Shown in pieces: positions 13,024-35,619 of a stretch of DNA of 64,000 nt (position 1 is its first letter; each line of letters starts with the position of its first letter). Both the position numbers and the translations under genes were made by a program. Origin of the DNA: Eledone cirrhosa (Eukaryota); the NCBI GenBank assembly GCA_964016885.1, contig OZ024756.1:20956001-21020000 (forward strand), in the 5' to 3' direction. A model generated the notes under the pieces. The model searched no databases. It was given only the letters and a program-made list of their open reading frames with translations, and had not been told where the DNA came from.

Positions 13024-14043
13024 CATACATACATACAGATAAAGGAGGGATTTTGCTTGAAGTATTGCGAAAAGGGCAAAAACAAAAACTGTATTTTAGA
13101 AGGTTACTTAAATGCAAGTTTTTGTTTCTACATAGTTTCGTAAACTTTTCTTTTGAGAAGTGGAATTTCTCCCGAAATAATTAAAAGTTATTAAATATTC
13201 CCAAAGTAACATTCCAACAACAAATAATATTTTTGATATTATAATGTTTTCCTTTGCATCGCTGGAGCCTACAATTATACAATATATATATATATATATA
13301 TATGTGTGTATATATGTGTGCGTATGTATATATATATATATATACATACGCACACACATATATATTCGTATATATATGTATATATCTTTGTAAATTTATA
13401 TATCAGCATATATATATACACACACATATATATATATTCGTATATATATATATATATATATATATATGCATAAGTATATATATTTATGCACACACACACA
13501 CACTTATATACAGAAAAGCTCACATACATACATCCACATACACCCGTATCCCTGCTCGTAATAATAATAATCAAATGGAGAGTGTATCTGTGTGGTATAT
13601 GTAACAGTAATGTATTGAAATTCATATAAAAAAACAAAACAAAGTAAAACAAAAAAAAAGGAGAAAAAATAACAGTTTGATTTCTAATATAATTTAGGAA
13701 TATATGAGGTAATAATAATAATGACAGTTTCTAATTTTGGCTCAAGACCAACAATTTTAAGGGGCAAGGATAAGTCGATTTTCATCAACACCAATACATG
13801 ACTGGTACCTTATAATAATCACCCTGGAAGGATGAAAGTCAAAGTTGACCTTGGTGGGATTTGTACTCAGTGGCTAAAGAGCCGGAAGAAACACCACAAA
13901 CCGTTTCGACCGACGCTCCAATGATTACTGTCAGAGTTGTGTTGTGTCTTTTTTTTTTCCATAAGAGAAACAAACCTTATTGGTTGATGTATAAAAATTT
14001 AGCGAAACCAAATTCATTTTTTATACTATGTACAAAATAAATC

Positions 14044-24455
<10,412 letters not shown>

Positions 24456-24709
24456 CCAAGTAAATATTCTGTTGTTGAATCTGTATAAATGATTGTGTAG
24501 CAATGTTTTACCACAACCGTTAATATTCACGTAATTTTCTGGAAATATACGAACTGTTTTTTGTGTGTTGGTTGATTGCTTTTGTGGTTTTGACAAATTC
24601 GATCGAATTTATTTCTATTTCAAAACTTTCATATAATAATTGTTTGATTTTGTTTATTGATTTGATTTGCAATATTATTATTGTTATTATGTTTTTTTTT
24701 TTTTGTTGT

Positions 24710-25636
24710 TTAATTTTGTACAGTAGGTATTATACATTCTTTGAAGAAAATGGCACAGTTAAAACACACCAAAATCAATATGCACCAATGTTCTCTTCTC
24801 GGCGATAATTGATGATTCTTTGTTAGGAAAGCTACGATTGTTATCATGCTCGTTAGTAAAAGGGAGTTAACTGTCTGTCGCATGGCGGCGGCCATACTGT
24901 TACTGTACAGCGGCCCTGTACCGCTTAGTTGAACCAATGGCTTAGCTTGGGCTACATTTTGTTTAATATGTCTGACTGTCAATGATGAAGATCCTGATTT
25001 ACGTTTCACATTATTTTTCGTGCATATTTGAAGAGGAGGCTGAAACGAGGATGGGTATGAATGACTTCTTGGGCCGCTATACATAACTCTCTTTCCCATA
25101 TACAAATAACTCCTCATATTCGAATCGGTAACCGTCTTAATAGTTTCCAGCACAACATTTGGTAGTTTGATATCCATAGGTCTACAACCGTGTGTAGAGG
25201 TCACATCTTGTGTTATGCCAATTCGCCATGATCCAGGAACGCCACAACCTGATCCGTTATAAAAATTTAGGTTTTCACTGATACTGTAGTGTTCAGGAGT
25301 AATCTTTAACCTCTGTACGGTGAATCTGTAATATTTTGTTCCACCAATCACGATTTTACCGCCCTCAATCTCAGAATACATTCCCTCAGCGTCCAATGTG
25401 AAGCTGGGTTGACGGCAGCGAGGGTCCCGAAAGTAATTATATGTACCACTCCAGTGGTTACTTTCTTCATGAAACGTCAGGGTACGTGTGATAAACATAC
25501 CTAGCGGTCGAGTTTCGCACCGTATGCTAACCCAATTGCCTGATATCGAAACCGGAGTGAAATGACTTTTGGGTAAAATAGGAGGGTGGTACAGGTCCGT
25601 GCTGCCGATTTGGTTACAAAGTTTACAGGTAGGGTC
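24710..25636 (-). CDS. APCDD1: Terminal coding exon of an APCDD1-family protein (second APCDD1 repeat plus hydrophobic C-terminus; the family are membrane-bound Wnt inhibitors)
   Basis: A pyrimidine tract and cag acceptor (plus ctg 25637-25639) open a phase-0 frame DPTCKLCNQIGSTDLYHPPILPKSHFTPVSISGNWVSIRCETRPLG that runs into the supplied 262-aa ORF. Motifs match the APCDD1 C-terminal half as I recall it: HPPILP, WVSxRCExRP, FxTRxxxF, WxGxYxYxxDPxCxxPxF, GGT, CGxxGSWxxGxxQDVTxTxGC, IKLP, SxQxPLxxC. Upstream exons were not identified. Confidence 0.92.
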   Translation of the reverse strand, partial: DPTCKLCNQIGSTDLYHPPILPKSHFTPVSISGNWVSIRCETRPLGMFITRTLTFHEESNHWSGTYNYFRDPRCRQPSFTLDAEGMYSEIEGGKIVIGGTKYYRFTVQRLKITPEHYSISENLNFYNGSGCGVPGSWRIGITQDVTSTHGCRPMDIKLPNVVLETIKTVTDSNMRSYLYMGKRVMYSGPRSHSYPSSFQPPLQICTKNNVKRKSGSSSLTVRHIKQNVAQAKPLVQLSGTGPLYSNSMAAAMRQTVNSLLLTSMITIVAFLTKNHQLSPRREHWCILILVCFNCAIFFKECIIPTVQN

Positions 25637-26397
25637 CTGAAAAACAAAAAAAATAAAAAGAATGAAAACATAATGGCTTTATTAATTCTGTAAACATAAT
25701 TAGAGAGTATACAATATTTTCAAAGCATATATACACAGTGCCAGTTATGTATCACCATCATCATCAGCATCATCCTCATCATCATCATCATCATCATCAT
25801 CAGCATCATCATCAGCATCATCATTATTATTCCCTTGACTTCTGTAGTCGTCGGGACGATCCTACTGCAGAAGCAGAACACACTCAAAATAGTCTATCAA
25901 TGGCGGCCGTCAACAAATCAGGTGTCATTTGTGTCATACATATATGTATGATACATATATGTATGATACATATATGTATGATACATATATGTATGATACA
26001 TCTATGTATTATACATATATGTATTATACATATATGCAAACACCCAATCCAATCTAGACCAGGGCGTTTTCACTCCTGTTGGAGGAAACCCTCCCTGGTT
26101 GATCTACATTGGGTTCTGTTTGGTTTTAGTCATGCCAGGGCTGTAGCTGTACTCAACACGCTTGGCCAATTACGGGTTAGTGAGTCTATTTGATCCATAG
26201 CTGGGGTGGTTGGCCATCGACTCTGAGGAGTTCGGAGTTCATGTGACTTGTCTCGCATCAGATGCGAGACAAGTCACAACAGAAACACAAACCCTCCATC
26301 TCAATTTTACTTTTGAAAGTCATAAGGACTGTGAAACTGGTAAAGTAAATAAATAAATATTCTTTAAAGACTCCAGTTGAATTTTTTCCTTATATAC

Positions 26398-26450
<53 letters not shown>

Positions 26451-26581
26451 TAAAAGATCGGAGGCCATATTCAGTCCGTCTTGTCTTGTACCATTTATAC
26501 AGGTCGTTGAGCGGTTCTTTTTATCTGCTTCACAACCGATAGACCATGTTCTGTTAACCCCGTACTATATATGTATATATA

Positions 26582-26680
26582 TTCCTGATGATTTCATATG
26601 AATGAAACAGTTCCAGTCCTGTAGAAGCTATTTGTATATAATAAAGATGCCTATACTCCACCAATGTATTGAATATCTTT
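26582..26680 (+). mobile_element. Hammerhead element (family C)
   Basis: ttc-CTGATGA-tttc atat gaat-GAAAC-ag ttccagtc ct-GTA-gaa. Confidence 0.75.
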
Positions 26681-26729
26681 TTTTAACTCGGGAGTCCGCA
26701 CGCAAGCACGCACGCACGCACGCAAGCAA

Positions 26730-26783
<54 letters not shown>

Positions 26784-27418
26784 GCACGCTCACGCGCACA
26801 CACACACACACACACACACACCCGTGTGTGTGTGTGTATATATGTATGTGTATGTAATGTGTGTGAACAAATATTTTTGTTTACGTATTGCTTGATAGTG
26901 ATATGGCTTTTTTTCAGTTGACAATTTCAATAATACTTACAGCCTATCTTGGGTATTTCTTGGCGGCGCGTGTATAACCCACACACATACATAGGCACAT
27001 ACACAAACACTAACACCAAGTAGTCGCTGTTGTCTGGGTTAATAAAAAACTAATATTACTCTAAAACCAGTAATTATAAATGTAGTCGTGAGTACTCGTG
27101 TCGACAGTGATTATATTTTTAATTATTGAAATAACTGTGGTAAGTTTGAGGATATATATTACAGATATAGCTAAGTATCCTAAAACATTGTACAGTCCGC
27201 TAGAAATGAAGTAGACGTAGAATATAAAGAAAATACTTTATGTCAAACTAATTTAAAATATGTTTTAACTAAGGCAATAAAATGTGAAAAAGAAAATCAT
27301 GTATACTATATGGATGTAATAGAATTATATATATATATATATATATAAAATAGCGGAGCAAGCGGTTATATATATAAAGTCTCTCTCTCTCTCTCTCTGG
27401 AGAAATCATTCTATATAT

Positions 27419-27602
27419 AATATAGAAATGGCTTCTACAGGACTAGAACTGTTTCATTCGGGAGAAATCATCAGGAAGCCCGATGATTTCTCCCGAATGA
27501 AACAGTTCTAGTCCCGTAGAAGCCATTTCTATATTAAATATTTATACTCTGCTATGTATAAGTACCTTACCTACTGTGGTTATCCCCGATTGAACTCGGG
27601 AC
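27419..27602. mobile_element. Fold-back hammerhead element (family C)
   Basis: Minus 27430-27480: ggcttc-CTGATGA-tttc tccc gaat-GAAAC-ag ttctagtc ct-GTA-gaagcc. It is mirrored by the plus arm 27481-27535, followed by a ~65-bp tail. Confidence 0.85.
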
Positions 27603-27941
27603 CCCCGCCCCCCCCCACATCTGTGTGTGTGTGTGTGTTCGTTTGCCGTATTCGTTTCGACACTCTGCTCTCTGAGTTCAAACCCCGCCGAGGTCAACCT
27701 TGCCTTTCATCCTTTCGAGGTCGATAAAAAAGGTACCAGTCTTGTACTGTGGTGGATTCTTAATCTATATCTCTTTTTCGTTTTCTTCTCTCTCACTGTC
27801 TATCTTTCTCTAGAAGAAATCTGCTGCACTCAGGCCTGGAGAGGGATGAGCTCCGCCAGGCTTAAAATACCCAAGAAACGCCGTATGTCAATACGGCTCC
27901 CTTACGATTCTAGGGACCACACACACACGCACACGCACGCG

Positions 27942-27972
<31 letters not shown>

Positions 27973-27974
27973 GT

Positions 27975-28300
27975 TAGGTGTATAACTACACCTACTGGCG
28001 GTGCACCGTTTGAAGCACTCAATGCTCTTTCGAGTCCGTCTCGTGTTGAGTTGTATTCCAGAATTAAGGCAGCTGTAGTGTTCAGAGTGCAAATAGAGTA
28101 AGTACAGTCGAAGTCAGTATTGCAGCATATGTACAAACTTTGACAGATAGATGTCTTTACACATATAAACTCGCATATCTGAGGAGATGTCGCATAAGAG
28201 TCGGCCCCCGTTATTATGATTGTATTCTGAGCTGCTCGATATCGAAACAATTGTAATATACCAATAAAGTTTGTACATATGCTGCAACACAGACTTCGAC
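27975..28300 (+). mobile_element. Hammerhead element with long stem II and flanking inverted repeat (family F)
   Basis: atat-CTGAGGA-gatgtcg...cgatatc-GAAAC-aatt-GTA-atat at 28175-28259. Inverted repeat 28107-28141 / 28266-28300. Confidence 0.78.
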
Positions 28301-28480
28301 TCTACTCTCTCACTCTCTCTATCTCTTTCCCTCTCACACACACCTCTAAGTTGTTGGATTTCATATTATATACTGTTGTATATTTGTTATGACTATTATT
28401 TAATAATTGATTCTGCGCAGAAATATACTTTTTATTTGTAATTTGTCCTTGTAATTTTTGCTCATACTTCACTTTTGTGG

Positions 28481-28522
<42 letters not shown>

Positions 28523-28534
28523 TTATCATTATTA

Positions 28535-28860
28535 CGGTTAACTTTGCCTTTCATCCTTACAGGGTTGATAAAATAAAGTACCAGTAATGCTCTGGGTAAT
28601 TGCTGGCCTTGTGCCAAAAGTGGAAACAATTATTGCGGTGAAAAAAAATAGGCAGTATCGGTGGAGGGTTGGACGCCATGCTTTCCAGCTTAGTTACATC
28701 CCTTTACGGTCTGAGTTCAAATCCTGTCGAGGTTAACTTTGCTTTTCATCCTCACGGGGTCGATAAAATAAAGTACCAGTCATGCACTGGGGTCGATTTA
28801 ATCGACTTTCCCCTCCCCCAAAATCACTGGCCTTGTGCCTATATAAGAAACCAATATATA
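28535..28860 (+). mobile_element. tRNA-derived SINE with Meta-domain-like core, about 1.5 tandem copies
   Basis: ggcagtatcggt (A box), gagttcaaatcc (B box), ctttgcctttcatcc..ggggtcgataaaataaagtaccagt core. Confidence 0.8.
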
Positions 28861-29626
28861 ACAAACAAAATCGTTAATTTATATATAATAAAAAATATAA
28901 TATATATATTATGTAGAAATATTATATATTTTTTATTTTATTATATTTATATATAATCTGTATCATTTGATATTTAATATACTATTATATCATCTCTACC
29001 GCTCCTCACCACCTCCTTAGGCTCCAGAAACCTCTGGACCTTCTCAATGCCTCTCGGGAGTCGGTAGCGCCCACTTTGAGAACCTCTGATGCACTACTAC
29101 ATCAACCGTTAGTAGTAGTAGTAGTAGTTGTAACTTCTTGTATGACACATGTACAATAGTTAGAGAGGCTGGTCAAGAGATCGGCGAGCCAGACCAAGGC
29201 GTTATTTGTAGCATATGGATTGCCTCTAGGTCGCCGGGAAAACATCTGAGCAACAGACAGACAGCCCGGCATGTGACCCTAGTTAGGATCTCTACAGTTA
29301 CATGCCGGGCTGTCTTTCATTTCCCAAGGATGGAAGATAGCAACCTTCACCTGGTCCACCCTGTACGGAATTCATTCCAACTAACGCCATTGCTCGTTAT
29401 AAAGTCACTATGTGCTGAAAGTACCACAGTTAAAAGCCTCACCATGTCTTCGTCCCCGGTTTACGACAGGAATCTACATTTATTTCAGTAAAAGAACCCA
29501 ACAAAATATTTATAAATCTCAATATATAATCTGATTACACGCTCTGGTGATTGTCAAGTCTTAATTATCACTTAACAATTTCACACTTATTAATTTTCAA
29601 CTTAGTTATGAACTCTTTATTAGCTG

Positions 29627-29702
<76 letters not shown>

Positions 29703-30433
29703 AAAAGGGAAGTAAGGTTCTATACAAAACAGTTGTTATAGACAAAAGGTGAAATTGGAAATAGCACGGAAAATATATTGAAGGGTCTGTGTTTCTTTTT
29801 TTTTCCTTTCTTTGATTCGTCAAAATGGCATTATTGAAAATGAGAGGGACAATTCTTTTAAAAAAGAATTTTATAATGTATATAAAGTATAACCAGTTTT
29901 GATGTATTAATAACATTCTTTTTATCAAATGTTGAGTATTACAATTGAAAAGAATTAATAAGAATTAAAAACTAAAAATTAAAGATTTAAAATTAAGTGT
30001 TGAGGCAAGTTTTTTTCATCTTCCTTGTGGAGAAGGAGACTGGAAAAATGAACTCTTGTGTATATATAGAGAGAGATGTAGTCAAGGAGACAACAAAGAG
30101 AGGTACAAAAGGTCTTATTAGTTTCACGCTTTATATTGGAAAGAGGAAAGAAAGTATATTTAAATAAAACAATCCGTGCTTCTCTCCAATCTAATCTTTT
30201 CTCTGAGTTCTTTTTATTGCTTTCGTCTATCTTCCTTTCCCGGCTCTCTCCTAAACACCGTCTGTCTCCCTCTCCGTCCGATGAAGAAATAGCGTCTGAA
30301 ACATTCAGACTATTTTCAAATTATATCAAGCGTTATACCATAAATTGCATTGTTTTCTAGTGATATTTTTCCTTATATATATATATACGCAGTTAATAAA
30401 TGAAACAAAACACAGGAAGCAAAATTACGCAGT

Positions 30434-30474
<41 letters not shown>

Positions 30475-31313
30475 CATCACACACATGTATATACACATAC
30501 ACACATATGCGTGTATATATATATATATAAATCATCACACACGTGTATATATACATATACACATTTATATATATATAAACACACACACAACACACAACAC
30601 ACACACACACACATATATATATGTACAAACAACTCGATTCAAATTGAAACTTTATATTAGGCAATTATCTATCTTTTCGAAATGGAATATTCATTTCATA
30701 CGTTGTCTGGGAACTAGGGGAAATTTCTAGTGGAAACTGATCCAACATGCTTGTACCCCTCCCCATCTCTATTTCGCATCTTCCTCTCTCACTCTTTCTT
30801 CCTCTCTATCTATCTACCTGCCTTTCTCTCCATCCCTCTCTCTATTGCTCTGCTAAACCAATCAGTATCATGGCGAGCGCTGAGTGAATTTTAAGTAGCG
30901 AAATATCTCTATTTAGTATTTAAATATTTTAATGTGCTCTTTGATTATTGCCAAATTCGCCTCCGCCACCCACCAAAAACAGCCTTCAGTAAGCAACTCA
31001 CTCACTTTCTCCTTACCCTGCATGACCGACAAACCCCCAAAACCTTTACACAAATCAACCTTAACACTTACAAGCCAGGGGAAACCTTACACTTGAGACG
31101 TCCCTTGGATTTGTACCTAGTGACCTTTTCATACGGTAATTCTCCACTTCAATGAAACGCTATGAATGCTTGCTTGTGAGTGCGTGTATGTGTGAGTGTA
31201 TGTTTGTTTGTATTTCAGGGAGATAGTTAGAGATAGGGTTTCAATATGTGTGTTTATACATAATACATACACATACATACATTCAAACCTATATATATAT
31301 ATATATATATATA

Positions 31314-31492
31314 GCGTATTTCCCGGCGCCAAAGATGTTTCGTCCTCGAGGACGCACCTTAATTTTGACAACCAAAAATTTGAAAAAAAAAAAAAATAAT
31401 AAACAATCTTCGGCCTCCGCTCCAGAACGCTTGGTAGAATTTTGAGACTTATTTTAGGAAAAAAGTAGCGTCTTCAACGCCGGGAAATCCAG
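31314..31492. mobile_element. Tc1/mariner-pogo-type MITE (TIR CCGTATTTCCCGGCG-like, TA flanks)
   Basis: ta-gcgtatttcccggcg ... cgccgggaaatccag-ta. A second copy lies at 56552-56673. Confidence 0.75.
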
Positions 31493-31568
31493 TATATATA
31501 TAATTACCCCCCCCCCCCCCCACACACATACATACACACATACATACATACATACATACATACATACA

Positions 31569-31599
<31 letters not shown>

Positions 31600-32303
31600 T
31601 TATCATCTTATGCATCTCATTCACCCCTATATATTTACAATATTTCAGCAGGGACAGTTCCCTAAGAAAAAAAAAAAAAAAAAGGAAAAAAAAATTTTAA
31701 AACCGATTTAAAATCCTTAAAAACAAAATGGAAGACAACTTCTCACTCTATGAATCCAAATCACGACCGTTTAAGTCCCCCTTGCTTCTGCCGGATACCG
31801 CTCGGCGGCACTGACCGCCAGTGTTCTATTCATAGCTGTAGCTTTCAGAATGTTTATTTATAGACATACCGTATATCTTTAGATATACGAAATTCACATA
31901 CATATATTTTCTTGTCTCAACCTCCCCTTTTCCTTCTCTTCTCAGCGAAACACTAAATAAACATGAAAGTATTTTTCGAAAGTAAACTAAGATATTTAAG
32001 TCCATTATACAAGATATTGTATTCTACCTTGTATTATAATTTATATCGTATTTCGCAATTCTTGTTTAAGAATGTTCACAATATTTCAATTGTGTTATTG
32101 TATTTATTTTATTTGGGATACAATGGGTGGGTGGGGGTTGGTAGGATGGGATGGGATGGGAAATCTCCACACCCTGTGTATTCTGTTATTGTGTTATTTC
32201 AGAGTACACGTGGGTGTGTGTATGCATGTATTTTTGCTGATTCAGTAGTTGAAATATGCAAAGATAAAAAAAAAAATATGTACTGAAATCTATTGTTTAA
32301 ATT

Positions 32304-32338
<35 letters not shown>

Positions 32339-32383
32339 CATGCACGCACGCACACACACATGCACACACGCACACACACGCAC

Positions 32384-32432
<49 letters not shown>

Positions 32433-32435
32433 CAT

Positions 32436-32764
32436 TAGTGTACACCCGGCATTCGCAGCCCCAGTTATTGGTGGAATTTTCCTGAGAACCAAACTAATAA
32501 TTATTCGTGGAAACCATTGCATATTCGCGGAATCGGAAATATCTTCCGCGATTTTTTAATGACTTTTTCGTGGCTATATATATATATATTTTTCATGCTT
32601 TTTAACGCTAAATTATTAATAATATACCGTATTTGCCGGCCTATATTTTACGTTATGTTTTGACATTTATAGGCATTTTTATGGACCACGTCCAATATTC
32701 GCGATTTGTCACACTTCACGGGCGCTCTAGGAACGTAACCCCCGCGAATACTGGGGGACAACTG
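32436..32764. mobile_element. Tigger/pogo-like MITE
   Basis: Imperfect TIRs tagtgtacacccggcattcgc / gcgaatactgggggacaactg-ta. Confidence 0.65.
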
Positions 32765-32892
32765 TATATATACATATGTACTCTTGCATATATATCTATC
32801 TATCTATACAAAAAAATATATCGGTGAAGACGACAAAATAAAAACAAAGAAAAACGAACGAACACAGACAGTCCCAACTCACCAGTCGTTGC

Positions 32893-32927
<35 letters not shown>

Positions 32928-33078
32928 AGATATTAGTTTAACAATGATAATAATAACGAAGGTAAATTATTTTACATATTCATTTCATTGTTTTACAATC
33001 GTTTCGGAGGGTTGATCATATTTATATATTGACTGATCTAACTACGGTATAGACCCTACCACAAAAGGTAGACCACAT

Positions 33079-33117
<39 letters not shown>

Positions 33118-33265
33118 TGGTCTACCTTTTGTGGTAGGGTCTATACCGTAGTTAGATCAGTCAATATATAAATATGATCAACCCTCCGAAACGATTGTAA
33201 AACAATGAAATGAATATGTAAAATAATTTACCTTCGTTATTATTATCATTGTTAAACTAATATCT

Positions 33266-33332
<67 letters not shown>

Positions 33333-33480
33333 AGATATTAGTTTAACAATGATAATAATAACGAAGGTAAATTATTTTACATATTCATTTCATTGTTTTA
33401 CAATCGTTTCGGAGGGTTGATCATATTTATATATTGACTGATCTAACTACGGTATAGACCCTACCACAAAAGGTAGACCA

Positions 33481-33485
<5 letters not shown>
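32928..33485. repeat. About 153-bp unit in three apparently identical copies, alternating in orientation and joined by (TA)n (family L)
   Basis: 32928-33080 (>), 33113-33265 (<), 33333-33485 (>). The unit carries a hammerhead 3' half, GAAAC-gatt-GTA-aaacaatg. Relatives lie at ~41495-41540 and 44595-44740. Confidence 0.92.
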
Positions 33486-33524
<39 letters not shown>

Positions 33525-33528
<4 letters not shown>

Positions 33529-33943
33529 AAAGTTATATTTAAATTGTTGGGTTACAACTAGTAAATATTTATAACTGATATAAAAGCACTCAACAAGTAT
33601 TTGGAGTATATTTACGATATTAAATAAATGGAAACTATATTTATAAAACCATATTTATTTCATTATATATATTTCAGGGATATCATATTAACAATATGCT
33701 ATACCTTCCTCAGACAAAATACAATATAGACAGTTTTATAGATAAATAGATTTGACTGCCAAATCAACTTTTCAAATACAAGTCGATGTTGAATGGTATG
33801 TCAAATCTATTTATCTATAAAACTGTCTATATTGTATTTTGTCTGAGGAAGGCATAGCATATTGTTAATATGATATCCCTGAAATATATATAATGAAATA
33901 AATATGGTTTTATAAATATAGTTTCCATTTATTTAATATCGTA
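33525..33943. mobile_element. Fold-back hammerhead element (family B), ~144-bp near-perfect arms
   Basis: Arms 33613-33756 and 33800-33943. Plus 33835-33900: tattttgt-CTGAGGA-agg..catatt gtt aatatg..cct-GAAA-tatata-TA-atgaaata. (TA)n on both sides. Confidence 0.85.
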
Positions 33944-33964
33944 TATATATATATATATATATCT

Positions 33965-34175
33965 CGATCGACTTTCGTCAAATCGGACCGAAGAAACAAT
34001 GTTTCCATTGGTCTTTCCAATTGATAATACTATCTACCGGTCGCAATTCCAGGTAGAACGAGGAGCGTGAAATAAAGTGTCTTGCTCAAGGACATAACGC
34101 ATCGCCTGGTCCAGGAATCGAACTGACAACCTCACGATTGCGAATCCAGTTCTCTAACCAATCAGCCACGCGCCT
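33965..34175 (-). mobile_element. tRNA-derived CORE-type SINE
   Basis: Aligns along its length with 4755-4966. Confidence 0.8.
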
Positions 34176-34387
34176 TCTTATATATTTATATATGAGAAAA
34201 TTAAGAAACTACAATTGGAGGAACGTCGTGAAAAGGAAAATAAGAACAGAGAATACATTTCCTAAAATAAGACATTTTAGCGTGAAGCGAGCAACATTCC
34301 GGGCAGGGATCTTACTACTCCATGTAACACACAATCTTATCTTATTACCGATCTTTCTATCCCCTTCTCCTCCTCCTCTCTCTCTTT

Positions 34388-34444
<57 letters not shown>

Positions 34445-34743
34445 CACATGCATCAAAGTTCTGTTCAAACCATTTATTAGCTAACAATTGTTTCGTCCAA
34501 ACCGAGGTTTGGAGTCTTCGGAGCAATTTTTCAATGATTGTTTACATACATGACCTCCTTTCCAACACAAGAGACATACAGAAACATATGTATATATCGA
34601 TGCACAGTGGGGTGACATCCATTATAATATTTATGCATGGCAATTTGAATTCAAAAATTAAAATCATATTAAAAGAAATTAAAACAAAATTAAAGTTAAA
34701 ATACAACATCGGCAGTTTACATAACCATAAATAGTATCCTTAA

Positions 34744-34789
<46 letters not shown>

Positions 34790-35050
34790 TAGGTAATTCC
34801 GGATAACAAGCAAAGGAAAAGAGAATGCTCTATGTATAGAACAGAGCTATTTAATTAAAAAGTGAACAACACAATATATAACTACTCCATTACCAAAGGT
34901 TTCTGGACCCTAGACAATAATAATATATGTCTAGGTCGTTCACCAGACAGAGATGTTATGAATAGAAAATATGAAATGAGATTTAAAATCTTGTCTAGGG
35001 TCCAGACCTTTGGTAATGGAGTAATATATTGTGTTGTTCACTTTCTAATT
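34790..35050. mobile_element. Fold-back hammerhead element (family G)
   Basis: Minus 34885-34952: ctctgt-CTGgTGA-acgacctagaca...tgtctagggtcca-GAAAC-c ttt g-GTA-atggag. Inverted arm at ~34991-35050. Confidence 0.72.
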
Positions 35051-35619
35051 ATATATATATATATATAATATTGCGAGAGAAAGCGAGTGTATATATATAT
35101 ATATATACACACACACGCGTATGTGAGAGATAATTTATTAAGATTCATATACACGAACATTTTATCTGATGGTTTATACATACACACGACACGAAGATAT
35201 CTAGGCCTATGCACAAATTCCACTTTCAAACACTCATACACACACTCCCTAATAGTTACACACACACACACACACACACACAGCCACCTCCCGTGAAGAA
35301 TATATACACACACATACACACATATATATTTTTCTCGGAAGTCTCAAGGCACAGCAATCATCCAGGAGATTGTCTTTGGACATTTCAAAGACAATGATTC
35401 TTTGATGCATTCTTAAATGTTGATGTCTTATCTACTATTTTATGTGTATTCTTGGTGGTCTCCCTTTTATCTCTTGTTCTCCAAATATATTTCGAATGTG
35501 TTCTCGTGTTTGTTGTTTTTCCAGTTATCAGTGAAGGAATAAGATGCGCTAGTGGAGGCGTTGTTTTATATTTTTGTTAAATGAGTTTCCTGCGAGTCCT
35601 ATATATCTCGTTGATGTAT

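Noticed and set aside
31746-31850. GC-richer patch with a possible minus-strand donor, considered as an upstream APCDD1 exon
   Set aside because: All three frames hit stops before the donor and there is no APCDD1 motif.
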